In this document: in pieces, positions 1 through 12,198 of the stretch
How positions within the stretch are numbered: position 1 is the first letter of the stretch
Layout of the letters: each line of letters begins with the position of its first letter
DNA from: Gammaproteobacteria bacterium
Lineage (GTDB): Bacteria; Pseudomonadota; Gammaproteobacteria; UBA4575
Reading direction: 5' to 3'
Assembly (NCBI GenBank): GCA_965243395.1
Contig: CBDEUS010000001.1
Location: forward strand, 448,001 to 512,000
DNA length: 64,000 nt
Made by a program: the position numbers and the translations under genes
The notes under the pieces: model-generated
Database searches by the model: none
What the model was told of the DNA's origin: nothing
What the model saw: only the letters and a program-made list of their open reading frames with translations

Positions 1-1142
1 CTCAAGTTGATACCTTGGATCAGAATTGTAAGGACTTTTCTTTAACACAATTCCCGATGCTGGACGTTCGTCAAGGCATTGTACATGTGATTGGCCCAGA
101 ACAGGGGGCGTCGTTGCCTGGTATGACGATTGTATGTGGCGATTCTCATACATCCACACACGGTGCGTTAGGTGCGCTGGCGTTTGGAATAGGAACATCA
201 GAAGTGGAGCATGTCTTGGCGACTCAATGTTTATTGATGAAAAAATCTAAAAACATGTTGGTAGATGTCAAAGGATTATGTGCTCCGGGTGTTACTGCTA
301 AAGATATTGTCCTCGCTATTATTGGTAAGTTAGGCACTGCTGGTGCGACTGGCCATACTATTGAATTTTCGGGCAGTGCTGTTCGTGCGTTATCCATCGA
401 AGGACGTATGACAATTTGTAATATGTCTATTGAAGCGGGCGGGCGTGCTGGCATGATTGCCGTAGACGATACAACCATTGAATATGTTTCAGGTCGTCCA
501 TTTGCTCCACAGGGAGAACTCTGGGAGCAAGCTGTCTCGCAATGGCGAACCTTACATTCTGATGATGAGGCTCAATTTGATTCTGTAGTTGAAGTGGATG
601 CTAATGAGTTGAAGCCACAGGTTACTTGGGGCACTTCACCTGAGATGGTAGTCAATATAGATGGGGCCATACCTACCGAATTAAATTCTGACCAACAACG
701 TGCACTTGAATATATGGATTTAGTGCCAGGAACACCTATAAAAGATATTAAACTTGATAAAGTATTTATTGGTTCTTGTACCAACTCGCGTATTGAAGAT
801 TTACGTGCCGCTGCTGACGTAATTCAAGATAAAAAGCTTGCTAACAATATAAAACTTGCCATGGTGGTGCCGGGTTCGGGTTTAGTTAAGCAACAAGCCG
901 AACAAGAAGGTTTAGATAAAATATTTAAAGCCGCAGGTTTTGAATGGCGTGAGCCCGGCTGTTCGATGTGTTTAGGTATGAATGCGGATCAACTTGCACC
1001 AGGTGAACGTTGCGCTTCAACATCTAACCGAAACTTTGAAGGTCGTCAGGGTAAAGGTGGGCGTACTCATTTGGTAAGCCCAGCGATGGCGGCCGCAGCA
1101 GCAGTAAATGGCCATTTTGTTGATGTAACAGAGGTGTTGTGA
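1..1142 (+). CDS. leuC: 3-isopropylmalate dehydratase large subunit (5' truncated by window edge)
   Basis: [31 protein letters not shown] and [12 protein letters not shown] motifs; upstream of leuD and leuB. Confidence 0.97.
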   Translation, partial: QVDTLDQNCKDFSLTQFPMLDVRQGIVHVIGPEQGASLPGMTIVCGDSHTSTHGALGALAFGIGTSEVEHVLATQCLLMKKSKNMLVDVKGLCAPGVTAKDIVLAIIGKLGTAGATGHTIEFSGSAVRALSIEGRMTICNMSIEAGGRAGMIAVDDTTIEYVSGRPFAPQGELWEQAVSQWRTLHSDDEAQFDSVVEVDANELKPQVTWGTSPEMVVNIDGAIPTELNSDQQRALEYMDLVPGTPIKDIKLDKVFIGSCTNSRIEDLRAAADVIQDKKLANNIKLAMVVPGSGLVKQQAEQEGLDKIFKAAGFEWREPGCSMCLGMNADQLAPGERCASTSNRNFEGRQGKGGRTHLVSPAMAAAAAVNGHFVDVTEVL

Positions 1143-1143
1143 G

Positions 1144-1782
1144 ATGAGGGCGTTTACTGAAATTACATCGAGTTTATTGCCATTGGATCGTAGCAATGTT
1201 GATACGGATGCCATTATTCCACAGCAATATTTAAAATCGGTAAAGCGAACAGGATTTGGTGTCGTTCTATTTGATAATTGGCGTTACCAAGACCCAGGTG
1301 TTCTGGGGCAAGACCATAGTAAGCGCCGATTAAATCAAGACTTCGTATTAAACAAACCCGAACACAAGACAGCAAAAATTATTTTGGCTAGAGAAAATTT
1401 TGGTTGTGGTTCCTCGCGTGAACATGCTGTGTGGTCAATTTTGGATTATGGGTTTGAAGTTGTCATTGCGCCGAGTTTTGCAGATATTTTTTGCAGCAAC
1501 TGTTACAAAAATGGGTTATTACCTATCGTATTAAAAGAAGATGAAGTGGATTATTTGTTTGAACAAGTAAAGTTAAATTCAGATTTTAATTGTAAGGTTG
1601 ACTTGAACTCCCAGAAAGTTGTTGATGAAAAAAACAAAACTTTTGAGTTTCAAATAGACGAATTTAGAAAATATTGCTTATTAAATGGCTTTGATGAAAT
1701 TGATCTTACTTTGCAACACTCGGACAAGATAAAAAAATATGAAAATGAGTTGCGTAAGATATCCCCGTGGTTAATTAAATGA
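1144..1782 (+). CDS. leuD: 3-isopropylmalate dehydratase small subunit
   Basis: NVDTDAIIP and [11 protein letters not shown] motifs. Confidence 0.97.
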   Translation: MRAFTEITSSLLPLDRSNVDTDAIIPQQYLKSVKRTGFGVVLFDNWRYQDPGVLGQDHSKRRLNQDFVLNKPEHKTAKIILARENFGCGSSREHAVWSILDYGFEVVIAPSFADIFCSNCYKNGLLPIVLKEDEVDYLFEQVKLNSDFNCKVDLNSQKVVDEKNKTFEFQIDEFRKYCLLNGFDEIDLTLQHSDKIKKYENELRKISPWLIK

Positions 1783-2849
1783 AAAAAATTTTATTACTAC
1801 CTGGAGACGGTATTGGTCCAGAAGTCGTAGCGCAAGCAAAAAAAGTACTTGAGCATTTACGTGCAGAGCATGGTTTAAACGTCGAACTAGAAGAAGCTTT
1901 GATTGGTGGTGCAGCCTACGACGATTGTAAGGATCCATTGCCTGAAACCACCTTGGCATTGGCAAAACAGAGTGATGCTGTTTTATTAGGTGCAGTGGGT
2001 GGACCAAAATATGAAGCTATTGAACGCGAATTGCGACCTGAAAAAGGCTTGTTGCGAATTCGGGCTGAATTAGATCTTTTTGCTAATCTTCGTCCTGCTA
2101 TTTTATACCCATCATTAGCAGGAGCATCTTCGCTAAAGCCTGAATTGGTGGCTGATCTAGATATTATGATTGTGCGGGAGCTAACCGGCGGCATTTATTT
2201 TGGTGAGCCACGCGGTATTCGCACTTCTGGCGATGGAATCAAGCAAGGATTCAATACGCTGGTATATGATGAGAACGAGATCAGTCGAATTGCACATGTT
2301 GCATTTCGAATTGCGCAAAAGCGTAGTGGTAACCTTTGTTCCGTAGATAAAGCCAATGTGCTGGAAGTTTCCGAGCTTTGGCGAGAGGTAGTTGAAACAG
2401 TACATGCAGAATATAAAGGAGTATCACTAAGCCATATGTATGTCGACAATGCTGCTATGCAGCTAGTGCGCGAACCCAATCAATTCGATGTGGTATTAAC
2501 AGGGAACTTGTTTGGCGATATTCTTTCAGATGCTGCAGCAATGCTAACGGGTTCGATTGGAATGTTACCCTCTGCTTCTTTAGATAGTCAGGATAAAGGC
2601 ATGTATGAACCTATACATGGTTCAGCGCCTGATATAGCGGGAAAGAATCTTGCAAACCCGTTAGCGACTATTTTATCCATAGCAATGATGTTACGTTTTA
2701 GCTTGAGCGAAATAGAGCTTGCTAACAAGGTAGAAGATGCAGTTAAACGCGCAATTGAAAAAGGATTGCGTACAGCTGATATTGCTGCGGGTGAGCAAGC
2801 CATTGGTACAAGTGAGATGGGTGATGCTTTAATTAATGAATTAAGCTAA
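1779..2849 (+). CDS. leuB: 3-isopropylmalate dehydrogenase
   Basis: [19 protein letters not shown] and [12 protein letters not shown] motifs. Confidence 0.97.
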   Translation: MKKILLLPGDGIGPEVVAQAKKVLEHLRAEHGLNVELEEALIGGAAYDDCKDPLPETTLALAKQSDAVLLGAVGGPKYEAIERELRPEKGLLRIRAELDLFANLRPAILYPSLAGASSLKPELVADLDIMIVRELTGGIYFGEPRGIRTSGDGIKQGFNTLVYDENEISRIAHVAFRIAQKRSGNLCSVDKANVLEVSELWREVVETVHAEYKGVSLSHMYVDNAAMQLVREPNQFDVVLTGNLFGDILSDAAAMLTGSIGMLPSASLDSQDKGMYEPIHGSAPDIAGKNLANPLATILSIAMMLRFSLSEIELANKVEDAVKRAIEKGLRTADIAAGEQAIGTSEMGDALINELS

Positions 2850-2895
2850 ACCTAAAATAATAATTTTTACAAATAAACGATTAAAATTTTAAGCA

Positions 2896-3915
2896 ATGAA
2901 AAAATATGATGTTGCAGTAGTGGGTGCTACAGGTGCGGTAGGTGAACAAATGCTTGCGATCCTGGCGCAAAGAAATTTTCCTGTAAATAATGTTTATGCC
3001 GTAGCGAGTGCACGTTCGGCTGGAAAAAAAGTATTCTTTGGTGACACAGAATTAGAAGTACAAGATTTAGCAAAATTTGATTTTTCTAAATGCCAAGTAG
3101 GATTGTTTTCTCCAGGCGCGAGTATTTCAAAAGAATATGCTCCTAAAGCAGCGGATCAGGGTTGTGTGGTAGTAGATAATACTTCGCAGTTTCGCTACGA
3201 CGATGATATTCCTTTAGTTGTTCCAGAAGTTAATGCGCATCAAATCGCAAACTACAAAACTCGCGGCATCATCGCTAACCCGAATTGCTCGACTATTCAA
3301 ATGGTTGTGGCATTGAAGCCGTTGCAAGATGCAGTAGGCATTGAACGCATTAACGTAGCAACCTATCAAGCGGTTTCCGGTACGGGTAAAGAAGCAATTG
3401 ATGAGTTAGATGTTCAAACATCAAATATCATTAACAATGAGCCGATTAATTGTGACGTTTATCCGAAACAGATTGCCTTCAATGCCTTGCCACATATAGA
3501 TATGTTCATGGAAAACGGCTATACAAAAGAAGAAATGAAAATGGTCTGGGAAACGCAAAAAATTATGGAAGATGATTCCATTTTGGTGAATCCAACGACA
3601 GTACGTATTCCAGTCAAATATGGTCATTCTGAAGCAGTGCATATCGAGCTCAGAGAGAAGTTGTCTGCTCAAAAAGCACGCGAATTACTTGCACAAGCTC
3701 CCGGTGTAGAAATCGTGGATGAGCAGCAAGATGGGGGCTATCCAACTGCTGTAACCGAAGGAGAAGGTACGGATCCTGTGTATGTAGGGCGTATACGAGA
3801 GGATATTTCGCACCCACGTGGCCTGAATATGTGGGTAGTTAGCGATAATTTGAGAAAAGGCGCTGCATTAAACAGCATTCAGATCGCTGAGGTTTTGATA
3901 AACAACCATATTTAA
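2896..3915 (+). CDS. asd: aspartate-semialdehyde dehydrogenase
   Basis: GATGAVG Rossmann motif, NPNCST active site, DNLRKGAALN. Confidence 0.97.
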   Translation: MKKYDVAVVGATGAVGEQMLAILAQRNFPVNNVYAVASARSAGKKVFFGDTELEVQDLAKFDFSKCQVGLFSPGASISKEYAPKAADQGCVVVDNTSQFRYDDDIPLVVPEVNAHQIANYKTRGIIANPNCSTIQMVVALKPLQDAVGIERINVATYQAVSGTGKEAIDELDVQTSNIINNEPINCDVYPKQIAFNALPHIDMFMENGYTKEEMKMVWETQKIMEDDSILVNPTTVRIPVKYGHSEAVHIELREKLSAQKARELLAQAPGVEIVDEQQDGGYPTAVTEGEGTDPVYVGRIREDISHPRGLNMWVVSDNLRKGAALNSIQIAEVLINNHI

Positions 3916-4037
3916 TTTATAGTTGGCCGGTGAATTATTTTGATAACTCAAAGAATTTTCTAGAGTTTTTTGTTTAGCCCATATATAAATCACAATCAAT
4001 TTAAAAGCACATGTTGCAGTTAAGGTGGAGCACAAAA

Positions 4038-7000
4038 ATGGGGCGTAAATCATCTATTTATTTTCTCATTATTCCAATTTTATTTTTAATCCCTGGGCAT
4101 TTGTTGTCATTAGGGCTAGGTGATATAGAAGTTAATTCTGCGCTTAATCAGCCTCTAAATGCTCAGATAAATTTAATTGCTGCACGTGAAGATGAATTTG
4201 AAGAATTGCGAGTTGAGTTAGCACCTGCGAATGTATTTGACCGTGTTGGTGTTCCACGCCCGTATTTTCTTACTCAATTAAAATTTCAACCCATTAAACT
4301 TCCTAATGGTGGTACTGCAGTTCAAGTAACTTCAAAAGATCCGGTGCGTGAACCGTTTTTAACTTTTTTAGTAGAAGTTACCTGGCCCAAAGGAAGATTA
4401 CTAAGAGAATATACTGTTTTACTTGATCCTCCTGAGTTTGCACAACAACAAGCTCCACAAGTTGCCACTCCTGCTACAGCTCCAGTTGAACCTGTAGTAG
4501 AGACAGACCCGGTCGTTACCCCACAACAGAGTAGTCAACCTGAAATTGTCGACACTGAAGAAGACATTAATGCAATTCGTGAGCGCATGGATAGAGCACT
4601 CGGTATCGATGGCACTGAAGAAATTGAACCTGTTGTAGAAGAAGTTGCTGAAGTTGCTGAAGTTGCTGAAGAAGCTGAAGTGATAGAAGAGGAAGTTGTA
4701 GCAGATGCTGAACCTACTGCTGAAGAGCTTGAAGAAGCCGTCGCAGAAACAGTTGAGGAAGCTGAACCAGTTGTTGAAGAAAGCCCTGTAGTAGAGAGTG
4801 TCGAAGATGTTGCGGTTGCCGATGATGTTGTTGAAGAAGAAATAGCCGAAGTGGATGAGCGTGATCTTGAAACTATTCGAAAAGAAATGGATGAGGCGCT
4901 TGGTATTGATGGCACAGAACCTATTGAGAGAGATATTGAAGTAGTTGCGGAAACCACCGGTACCCAGGAACTTGTGACTGGAGAAGTGCTCGTCGAAAAA
5001 GGCGACACATTATATAACATCGCCAAAGCTGCAAAACCCAGTAGTGTAACGATGAATCAAATGATGTTGGCAATCCAAGAAGCCAATTCAGATGCATTTA
5101 TAAATAATAATGTGAACCTTTTAAAACAAGGTGCAGTGTTACGCATTCCTCAAGAGAATGAGGCGCAAGCTTTGTCTTCTTCCGAAGCACGTAAGTTAAT
5201 TTCAGAACAAAATGCATTGTGGAAAGAATATCGTGGCGTAGTGACACAAACCCCTGCCACCAACGTGGATGCTCCGGAGCTGGTTGAGGAATCGAGTGAT
5301 CTGGCAAAAGAAGCTAAGCAAGCGCTTAAAGAAGCTACAGAGAAACCAGCTGAAACAAAACAAGATCTCAACATTTTAGCTTCAGAAGATGCAAATCAAA
5401 GTCCAGATACACAGATTGCGGGTGGAGAAGAGGTCAAGAAGCTGCAAAATGAAGTCAATCTTAATAAAGAACTGGCTGCGTCACGCGCGAAAGAAAATGA
5501 AGAATTAAAGAGCCGTGTGGAAGCTCTTGAATCCATGCTGGAAAAGAAGGAGAAAATTCTCAATATACAAAACCAGCAGCTTAAAGAGTTACAAGAACAG
5601 TTAAGTACAGAAACAGATAAAGCCGCTGCCGCGGAAAAACTACTGAAAGAAAAGGCCCTTAAAGAGGAAACAGAACCAGAAGTAAAATCTGAGGCTAAAC
5701 CGGACCCAAAGCCAGTAGTTAAAGAAGAGATTAAAGAACCGGTAGTAGAGCCGCTTCCTGAATTCACCGAGCCTGTTGTAGCAGAACAGGCAATTGGTAA
5801 ACCGAAGTTAGAGCCGCTTCCTGATTGGGACTCATTGCCTGCAATAGAGGAAACCCTAAGCGAAGAAGTCGCAGAAACCCCGCCTGAAGAAAAGCCTGCT
5901 GAAGCAACCAAACCCGAAGAAAAACCTACTGAAATTAAAACCGCTGAAGCACCCACTGCACCTGAGGCAGAAGCTGGTTTCATGGGATTTGCGTTAAGTT
6001 TCTTGGAAAGCTTAAAAGAAAAAGCCTCCAATGCATTACTGCCTTTATTAGGAGGAGTTTTGTTATTACTTGGTGGTTTATGGTTCTGGAAGAAGAAGCA
6101 AGTTAAAACAGTCGAGTTGACTGGACTCGGTGAAATGCCTATGGAAGCCATTGAAGATGGCGAACATTTTGACGACATTTTGGACGAAACTATCATTACA
6201 CCCCAGGTGAGCGCACAAGCCAGCACCAGTGATGAGGATCTTGGTGGGGTAGCTGAGAACTTAGCAACTGAAGGTGAAAATGATTTCAGTGCAGAAGCAT
6301 CTGAAGAATCAGGCGACACGGAAGAGGGTGAAGATGTATTGGATGAAGCAGATGTCTACATTTCATATGGATTGCATCAACAAGCGCAGGATTTGTTGAA
6401 CGATGCTATTGCCAATGAACCTGGTCGTAATGACTACAAGGTTAAACTCGCTGAAGTGTACTATAGCCAGAAAGATCAGGAAGGTTTTGAGCAATATGCA
6501 GGAAAAATTAAAAATGAATTAGGTGAGTCAAGCAACGATTGGCAAAAGATTATGTCAATGGGTAAAGAGCTTGCTCCTGCTAGTGCTTTATTTGCGGGTG
6601 CCGCGGCGGCGGCTGGTACAGCAGCATCTGCTGCTTTTGATAAACCTGATGAAGCGGATGTCGATATTGGTTTGCAAACCGCTATTAACGAGCCATTGTC
6701 TGATGCAAATTTAGAAGACACTATGTTGGATAATGATGCTGAAGAGGATGATGGTGGTTTAGATTTCAATGTGGATGATTTTGTTGATGAGCAAATAGAA
6801 GATGATCCTGTTGCTAGTAAAATCATGGAAGCGAATGAAACATCAGATATTCTAAACTTTGATGTAGATGACATATCTGAAGATGCTATGACTGAGGACA
6901 GTGTGGATACTGAACTTGATGCTATCGCTACCGGTTTGCATGAATCCGCAAGTATGGATGACCTCACTCAAGAGCTAGAAGAAATTGGTATGCAAACTAC

Positions 7001-7454
7001 CATGAACGACCTTAAGCCTCTTGAAATTGATGAAGATGAAGACGATGCGAGTGATGAAGTTTCGCCCCAGGATACAACGATTGCTATGGAGCAAGACGAA
7101 ATAGGAATTGATACCGGTATTTCGGAGCCTGATCCTGAAGCCACTGCTGCTTATTCGTCTAGCTCGTTAAGTAATGAAATTGATCAGGTGACAGAACAGT
7201 TTGATGCTGGCGATATGGATACTGAGTTTTTAGATCCTGCTGAACAAACTGTTGCGCAAACACACACTGATCTAGAAGAATTAGGACCTCCTTCTTTAAT
7301 TGAAGAAGTTGGCACTAAGCTTGATTTAGCCAAAGCTTTTGTAGACATGGGCGACTCAGATGCTGCTAAAGAAACATTATTAGAAGTGATTAACGAAGGT
7401 GATGAATCACAAATTAAAGCAGCCAAAGATTTGATGGATAAACTTGGTAGTTAG
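4038..7454 (+). CDS. fimV: FimV/HubP-family polar landmark protein
   Basis: LGLGDIEVNSALNQPL N-terminal domain, LysM (GDTLYNIA...N.NLLKQGAVLRIP), coiled coil, one TM helix, acidic cytoplasmic region, C-terminal TKLDLAKAFVDMGD motif; between asd and truA; ATG 4038 follows GGAG. Confidence 0.93.
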   Translation: MGRKSSIYFLIIPILFLIPGHLLSLGLGDIEVNSALNQPLNAQINLIAAREDEFEELRVELAPANVFDRVGVPRPYFLTQLKFQPIKLPNGGTAVQVTSKDPVREPFLTFLVEVTWPKGRLLREYTVLLDPPEFAQQQAPQVATPATAPVEPVVETDPVVTPQQSSQPEIVDTEEDINAIRERMDRALGIDGTEEIEPVVEEVAEVAEVAEEAEVIEEEVVADAEPTAEELEEAVAETVEEAEPVVEESPVVESVEDVAVADDVVEEEIAEVDERDLETIRKEMDEALGIDGTEPIERDIEVVAETTGTQELVTGEVLVEKGDTLYNIAKAAKPSSVTMNQMMLAIQEANSDAFINNNVNLLKQGAVLRIPQENEAQALSSSEARKLISEQNALWKEYRGVVTQTPATNVDAPELVEESSDLAKEAKQALKEATEKPAETKQDLNILASEDANQSPDTQIAGGEEVKKLQNEVNLNKELAASRAKENEELKSRVEALESMLEKKEKILNIQNQQLKELQEQLSTETDKAAAAEKLLKEKALKEETEPEVKSEAKPDPKPVVKEEIKEPVVEPLPEFTEPVVAEQAIGKPKLEPLPDWDSLPAIEETLSEEVAETPPEEKPAEATKPEEKPTEIKTAEAPTAPEAEAGFMGFALSFLESLKEKASNALLPLLGGVLLLLGGLWFWKKKQVKTVELTGLGEMPMEAIEDGEHFDDILDETIITPQVSAQASTSDEDLGGVAENLATEGENDFSAEASEESGDTEEGEDVLDEADVYISYGLHQQAQDLLNDAIANEPGRNDYKVKLAEVYYSQKDQEGFEQYAGKIKNELGESSNDWQKIMSMGKELAPASALFAGAAAAAGTAASAAFDKPDEADVDIGLQTAINEPLSDANLEDTMLDNDAEEDDGGLDFNVDDFVDEQIEDDPVASKIMEANETSDILNFDVDDISEDAMTEDSVDTELDAIATGLHESASMDDLTQELEEIGMQTTMNDLKPLEIDEDEDDASDEVSPQDTTIAMEQDEIGIDTGISEPDPEATAAYSSSSLSNEIDQVTEQFDAGDMDTEFLDPAEQTVAQTHTDLEELGPPSLIEEVGTKLDLAKAFVDMGDSDAAKETLLEVINEGDESQIKAAKDLMDKLGS
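4575..4928 (+). repeat. intragenic repeats in fimV: two 54-nt copies (4575-4628 and 4875-4928) plus tandem GAAGTTGCT x3 (4641-4667)
   Basis: IRERMDRALGIDGTEEIE and IRKEMDEALGIDGTEPIE lie exactly 300 nt apart. Confidence 0.85.
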
Positions 7455-7613
7455 TCTCCAGGGCTAGTCAGAAATAATTTTTAAAATTTGTAATTTCCTG
7501 ACCCTTAACGTAATACGGTAATTTCTACCGTTTCAAATTCATAGTGAACCCTTAAACTTATTCCCTTATTGGTGCTTGAGTAAATTCTCTGCATCAATCA
7601 TAGTCTTGACATT

Positions 7614-8399
7614 ATGCGTATAGCGTTAGGAGTTGAATACAACGGTAGCCATTTTTGTGGTTGGCAACGTCAAACAAATGCTCAATCTGTACAGCAAGCT
7701 TTAGAGCAAGCTGTATCAAAAGTTGCCGATGCAGAAATACATGTACAAGCTGCAGGAAGAACGGATACAGGAGTGCATGCAACTGAACAAATTGTGCATT
7801 TTGATTGTGATAATTCGCGCGAATTAAAAGCTTGGGTAATGGGCGTAAATTCATACTTGCCGAATTCAGTTAGCGTTTTGTGGGCTAAACATGTTGACGA
7901 GGAGTTTCATGCTAGATTTAGTGCGCAGTCTCGACGTTATCGCTATGTAATCTACTGTAACGCAACTCGACCGGCATTATTAGATGGTTTGTTGACATGG
8001 GAATATGCAAATATAGATTTGGATAAAATGCTTAGTGCAGCTAAACATTTGGTTGGGACACATGATTTCACCTCATACCGAGCTGTAGCATGTCAGGCAA
8101 AAGATCCAACGCGTACGGTATATGAGCTCAATCTGAGTCAGCGAAATGAATTCATTTTTATGGACATTTGTGCCAATGGATTTCTACATCATATGGTTCG
8201 CAATATAGCGGGCGTTCTAATTTCTATTGGCAAAAATGATCAACATGAAGATTGGGCATTAAAAGTTTTAGAGAGTCGTGACCGAACACTAGGGGGTATT
8301 ACAGCTCCGGCAGCAGGCTTATATCTCGTTAAAGTACAGTATGATGAAAAATATGGTTTAAACTCGAAGATTAGATGGCCCGCGATTACAGCTATATAG
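7614..8399 (+). CDS. truA: tRNA pseudouridine(38-40) synthase
   Basis: GWQRQ, AGRTDTGVHA, FHARFSA and FLHHMVRNI motifs. Confidence 0.97.
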   Translation: MRIALGVEYNGSHFCGWQRQTNAQSVQQALEQAVSKVADAEIHVQAAGRTDTGVHATEQIVHFDCDNSRELKAWVMGVNSYLPNSVSVLWAKHVDEEFHARFSAQSRRYRYVIYCNATRPALLDGLLTWEYANIDLDKMLSAAKHLVGTHDFTSYRAVACQAKDPTRTVYELNLSQRNEFIFMDICANGFLHHMVRNIAGVLISIGKNDQHEDWALKVLESRDRTLGGITAPAAGLYLVKVQYDEKYGLNSKIRWPAITAI

Positions 8400-8414
8400 A
8401 CAAAAAACCTAATT

Positions 8415-9032
8415 ATGAAAACACGAGTCAAATTTTGTGGAATGACACGCATACAGGATGTGCAATCCGCAATTGCGTTGAATGTAGATGCTTTGGGATT
8501 TGTATTTGTAAAAAGTAGTCCTCGTTATCTTGATGTTGAAACTGCAGAAAAAATTATTCAAAAAATTCCGCCCTTTGTTGTGAAAGTAGCTTTATTTATG
8601 AATGCTCAAGCTTCGGAGATTGAAAATGTTCTCAAAATGGTCAGATTTAATCTGCTTCAGTTTCATGGAGATGAAGAAGAGCAATTTTGTACTCAGTTTG
8701 ATATGCCTTATCTAAAAGCTGTACCCATGGGGAGTGTTTCTTCTCTTAGTGATTATTGCCAGGCCTACTCCAGTGCCACCGGATTTTTATTGGATAGTCA
8801 TGCTAAAGGTGAAATGGGTGGCAGTGGTGAAAAATTTACCTGGACTAAGCTACCAGAAGATATCAATAAACCTATAATTCTGGCTGGTGGATTAAACCCG
8901 GATAATGTCGCTGAAGCCATACGGACAGTACATCCGTATGCCGTAGATGTAAGCAGTGGAATCGAGACTAGTAAAGGTATCAAAGACCCCGCTAAAATGG
9001 AGCAATTCATTAAGGAAGTACATAGTGACTAG
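8415..9032 (+). CDS. trpF: phosphoribosylanthranilate isomerase
   Basis: [26 protein letters not shown] and VDVSSGIE motifs. Confidence 0.96.
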   Translation: MKTRVKFCGMTRIQDVQSAIALNVDALGFVFVKSSPRYLDVETAEKIIQKIPPFVVKVALFMNAQASEIENVLKMVRFNLLQFHGDEEEQFCTQFDMPYLKAVPMGSVSSLSDYCQAYSSATGFLLDSHAKGEMGGSGEKFTWTKLPEDINKPIILAGGLNPDNVAEAIRTVHPYAVDVSSGIETSKGIKDPAKMEQFIKEVHSD

Positions 9033-10266
9033 GAATGCATCACAACTCGCTCCAGATAAAGAGCCCCAAACTGATCAATTATTGCCAGATGAGCATGGCA
9101 TGTTTGGGGAATACGGTGGGCGTTATGTTGCTGAGACCTTGATTGAACCACTTTCCGAATTAGAGCAGGCCTATTTTCGCTATAAAGAGGATCCGGAATT
9201 TATTCATGAGTTTGATGCGGATCTTGCTAATTATGTGGGTAGACCCAGCCCCCTTTATCATGCAAAACGTTTAAGCCAAAAGTGTGGTGGTGCACAAATT
9301 TATTTAAAACGTGAAGACTTAAATCACACAGGTGCACACAAAATTAATAATACGATTGGTCAGGCACTTCTCGCGAAGCGCATGGGTAAGCCACGTATTA
9401 TTGCCGAGACGGGCGCAGGTCAGCATGGAGTTGCAAGCGCGACGGTAGCTGCACGTTTAGGCCTTGAATGTGTGGTGTATATGGGTGAACAAGATATTCA
9501 TCGTCAAGCACCTAATGTTTACCGTATGCGTTTACTGGGTGCAGAAGTCGTACCTGTTACTTCAGGTTCAAAGACACTCAAAGATGCGCTTAATGAAGCC
9601 TTGCGTGATTGGGTAACAAATGTCGACAATACTTTTTACATTATTGGTACCGTTGCAGGACCACATCCATATCCATTGCTAGTGCGTGATTTTCAAGCTG
9701 TAATCGGCCGGGAAGCAAAATCACAAATGCTGGAGCAAACAGGCAGCTTGCCTGATGCGTTAGTGGCTTGTGTTGGCGGCGGTTCAAATGCCATAGGACT
9801 GTTTTATCCTTTTATTGAGGATGAAAATGTAACTATGTTTGGTGTGGAGGCAGCAGGTTTAGGAATTGATACAGATAAGCATTCAGCCCCCCTTAATGCC
9901 GGACGTCCTGGTGTGCTGCATGGTAATCGTACCTATTTAATGGAAGATGATGATGGACAAATCATAGAAACCCATTCAATTTCTGCGGGACTAGACTATC
10001 CAGGTGTGGGTCCGGAGCATGCATGGTTAAAAGATATTGGTCGTGTGGAGTATGACGCGGTTACTGATGAAGAGGCGCTTTCTGCATTTCATGAATTGAC
10101 ACGTGTAGAAGGAATTATACCCGCCTTAGAAAGTAGTCACGCCGTAGCTTATACCTTGAAGCTGGCACGTACTATGTCGAGTGATAAAACGATATTAGTA
10201 AATTTATCCGGAAGAGGTGATAAAGATATTAATACAGTTGCTGATATTGAAGGTATAACAATATGA
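9025..10266 (+). CDS. trpB: tryptophan synthase beta chain
   Basis: [16 protein letters not shown] (PLP lysine), [21 protein letters not shown]; GTG 9025 after AAGGA preferred over 8956. Confidence 0.97.
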   Translation: MTRNASQLAPDKEPQTDQLLPDEHGMFGEYGGRYVAETLIEPLSELEQAYFRYKEDPEFIHEFDADLANYVGRPSPLYHAKRLSQKCGGAQIYLKREDLNHTGAHKINNTIGQALLAKRMGKPRIIAETGAGQHGVASATVAARLGLECVVYMGEQDIHRQAPNVYRMRLLGAEVVPVTSGSKTLKDALNEALRDWVTNVDNTFYIIGTVAGPHPYPLLVRDFQAVIGREAKSQMLEQTGSLPDALVACVGGGSNAIGLFYPFIEDENVTMFGVEAAGLGIDTDKHSAPLNAGRPGVLHGNRTYLMEDDDGQIIETHSISAGLDYPGVGPEHAWLKDIGRVEYDAVTDEEALSAFHELTRVEGIIPALESSHAVAYTLKLARTMSSDKTILVNLSGRGDKDINTVADIEGITI

Positions 10267-11102
10267 GCCGTATAGAATCTTGTTTTGCTGCACTCGAAAA
10301 AGCTAATCGCAAAGCATTAATATCTTATATTACTGCAGGAGACCCACATCCAGATCTAACCGTTTCTCTAATGCACACTTTAGTTGAGGCGGGTACTGAC
10401 ATTATCGAATTAGGTGTACCTTTTTCTGATCCCATGGCAGATGGGCCCGTTATACAAGCTGCATGTGAACGTGCATTGTCACATCATACTAGTTTGCAAG
10501 ATGTGTTAAACATGGTTAAAGAGTTTCGTAGTAAAGATAATCAAACCCCAATTGTGTTGATGGGCTATCAAAATCCAATTGAAGTAATGGGTATAGAAGC
10601 ATTTGCTGAATCCGCAAAACAAAATCAAGTAGACGGTATTTTAACGGTAGACGTACCTATTGAGCAGGCAGATGCAACCGTCTCAATATATAGTAAAAAT
10701 AATCTTGATAATATTTTTCTGATTGCCCCGACAACCAGCACTGAACGTGTAAAAAATATCTGTCAACAATCATCAGGATTCGTTTACTACGTTTCTTTAA
10801 AGGGGGTTACAGGTGCCGGGCACCTTGATACATCTGAAGTTGAAAATAAAGTTCTAGAAATCAAGCAAGCTACTTCATTGCCAGTAGGCGTGGGATTTGG
10901 AATAAAAGACGCGGAAAGTGCAAGTAAAGTAGCCATGATCGCAGATGCCGTTGTTGTGGGAAGTGCAATTATTCGTGAAATTGAAACCCATGCTAGTAAT
11001 AAAGATAAAATGTTGAAAAATATTAAAACTTTGCTTTCTGAAATGCGTATAGCAATGAATAATGTTTCGAGTGAAGAGCAAACGAATAAAGAAGTCGCCT
11101 AA
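10263..11102 (+). CDS. trpA: tryptophan synthase alpha chain
   Basis: [27 protein letters not shown] and VGFGI motifs. Confidence 0.97.
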   Translation: MSRIESCFAALEKANRKALISYITAGDPHPDLTVSLMHTLVEAGTDIIELGVPFSDPMADGPVIQAACERALSHHTSLQDVLNMVKEFRSKDNQTPIVLMGYQNPIEVMGIEAFAESAKQNQVDGILTVDVPIEQADATVSIYSKNNLDNIFLIAPTTSTERVKNICQQSSGFVYYVSLKGVTGAGHLDTSEVENKVLEIKQATSLPVGVGFGIKDAESASKVAMIADAVVVGSAIIREIETHASNKDKMLKNIKTLLSEMRIAMNNVSSEEQTNKEVA

Positions 11103-11116
11103 ATGAGTTACGAATT

Positions 11117-12040
11117 ATGAGCTGGTTAGAAAAATTAATGCCGTCGCGGATTCGTACTGAGGGTACGAGCAAACGTAAAGTGCCGGAGGGGTTGTGGGAT
11201 AAATGCCAAAATTGTGGCGCAGTGCTGTATCGATCTGACTTAGAGCGAAATTTACATGTATGCCCAAAATGCAATCATCATATGCGAATTGGTGCGCGAG
11301 AAAGATTAAATTCATTTTTTGATCAAGAAGGACAAGAAGAATTGGGTGCAGAAATCGAGTCCATGGATTTTCTAAAATTTAAAGATAGTAAAAAATATAA
11401 AGACCGAATAAGTGCAGCTCAAAAAGCGACTGGAGAAAAAGACGCTTTGATAATAATGAAGGGCACTTTGAAGGGTATGCCGATAGTAGCGGTTGCATTT
11501 GAGTTTAAGTTTATTGGTGGATCAATGGGATCAGTGGTAGGCGAAAAATTTCTACGTGCTGCAAAATTTGCGCTGAGTGAAGAAATACCAATGATTTGTT
11601 TTTCTACCAGTGGTGGTGCACGTATGCAAGAGGCGTTAATGTCACTATTTCAGATGAGTAAAACGAGTGCAGTGTTAGCGCATATGCGAGAGAAGGGCAT
11701 ACCTTATATTTCAATATTAACGGACCCAACCACGGGTGGTGTATCTGCGAGCTTCGCGATGTTGGGCGATTTAAACATAGCAGAACCCAATGCATTAATA
11801 GGTTTTGCGGGCCAAAGAGTGATTGAGCAAACTGTTCGAGAAACTTTGCCAGAAGGATTTCAAAGAAGTGAGTTTTTACTTGAGCATGGAGCGCTTGATA
11901 TGATTGTTGATCGTAAAGATATGCGTGATCAACTGTATGAATTGCTAAGTATATTGACTCATAAAGAGATTGCTGAACAAGATACAACCATAGAAGATCA
12001 AATTGTTATTGAAACAGATAGCAATGAAAGTCAGAGCTAG
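11117..12040 (+). CDS. accD: acetyl-CoA carboxylase carboxyltransferase beta subunit
   Basis: C4 zinc ribbon (CQNC...CPKC), [18 protein letters not shown]. Confidence 0.97.
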   Translation: MSWLEKLMPSRIRTEGTSKRKVPEGLWDKCQNCGAVLYRSDLERNLHVCPKCNHHMRIGARERLNSFFDQEGQEELGAEIESMDFLKFKDSKKYKDRISAAQKATGEKDALIIMKGTLKGMPIVAVAFEFKFIGGSMGSVVGEKFLRAAKFALSEEIPMICFSTSGGARMQEALMSLFQMSKTSAVLAHMREKGIPYISILTDPTTGGVSASFAMLGDLNIAEPNALIGFAGQRVIEQTVRETLPEGFQRSEFLLEHGALDMIVDRKDMRDQLYELLSILTHKEIAEQDTTIEDQIVIETDSNESQS

Positions 12041-12198
12041 TATATAAATTTATAATAAGAATAATAAACACTCAGTTATACAAAGTTATATAACTAATTA
12101 TTCACTAATATAACTATTCATATTTAAATTTTTAAATTCGAGATATTTGTATCTCTAAATTATTACTTTGGATGGTTTATTTAGCTAACGTAGCCCTT

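Noticed and set aside
4535-7426. Long Ser-rich minus-strand ORFs (163, 307, 163 and 80 aa)
   Set aside because: Antisense shadows of the Glu/Asp-rich fimV codons.
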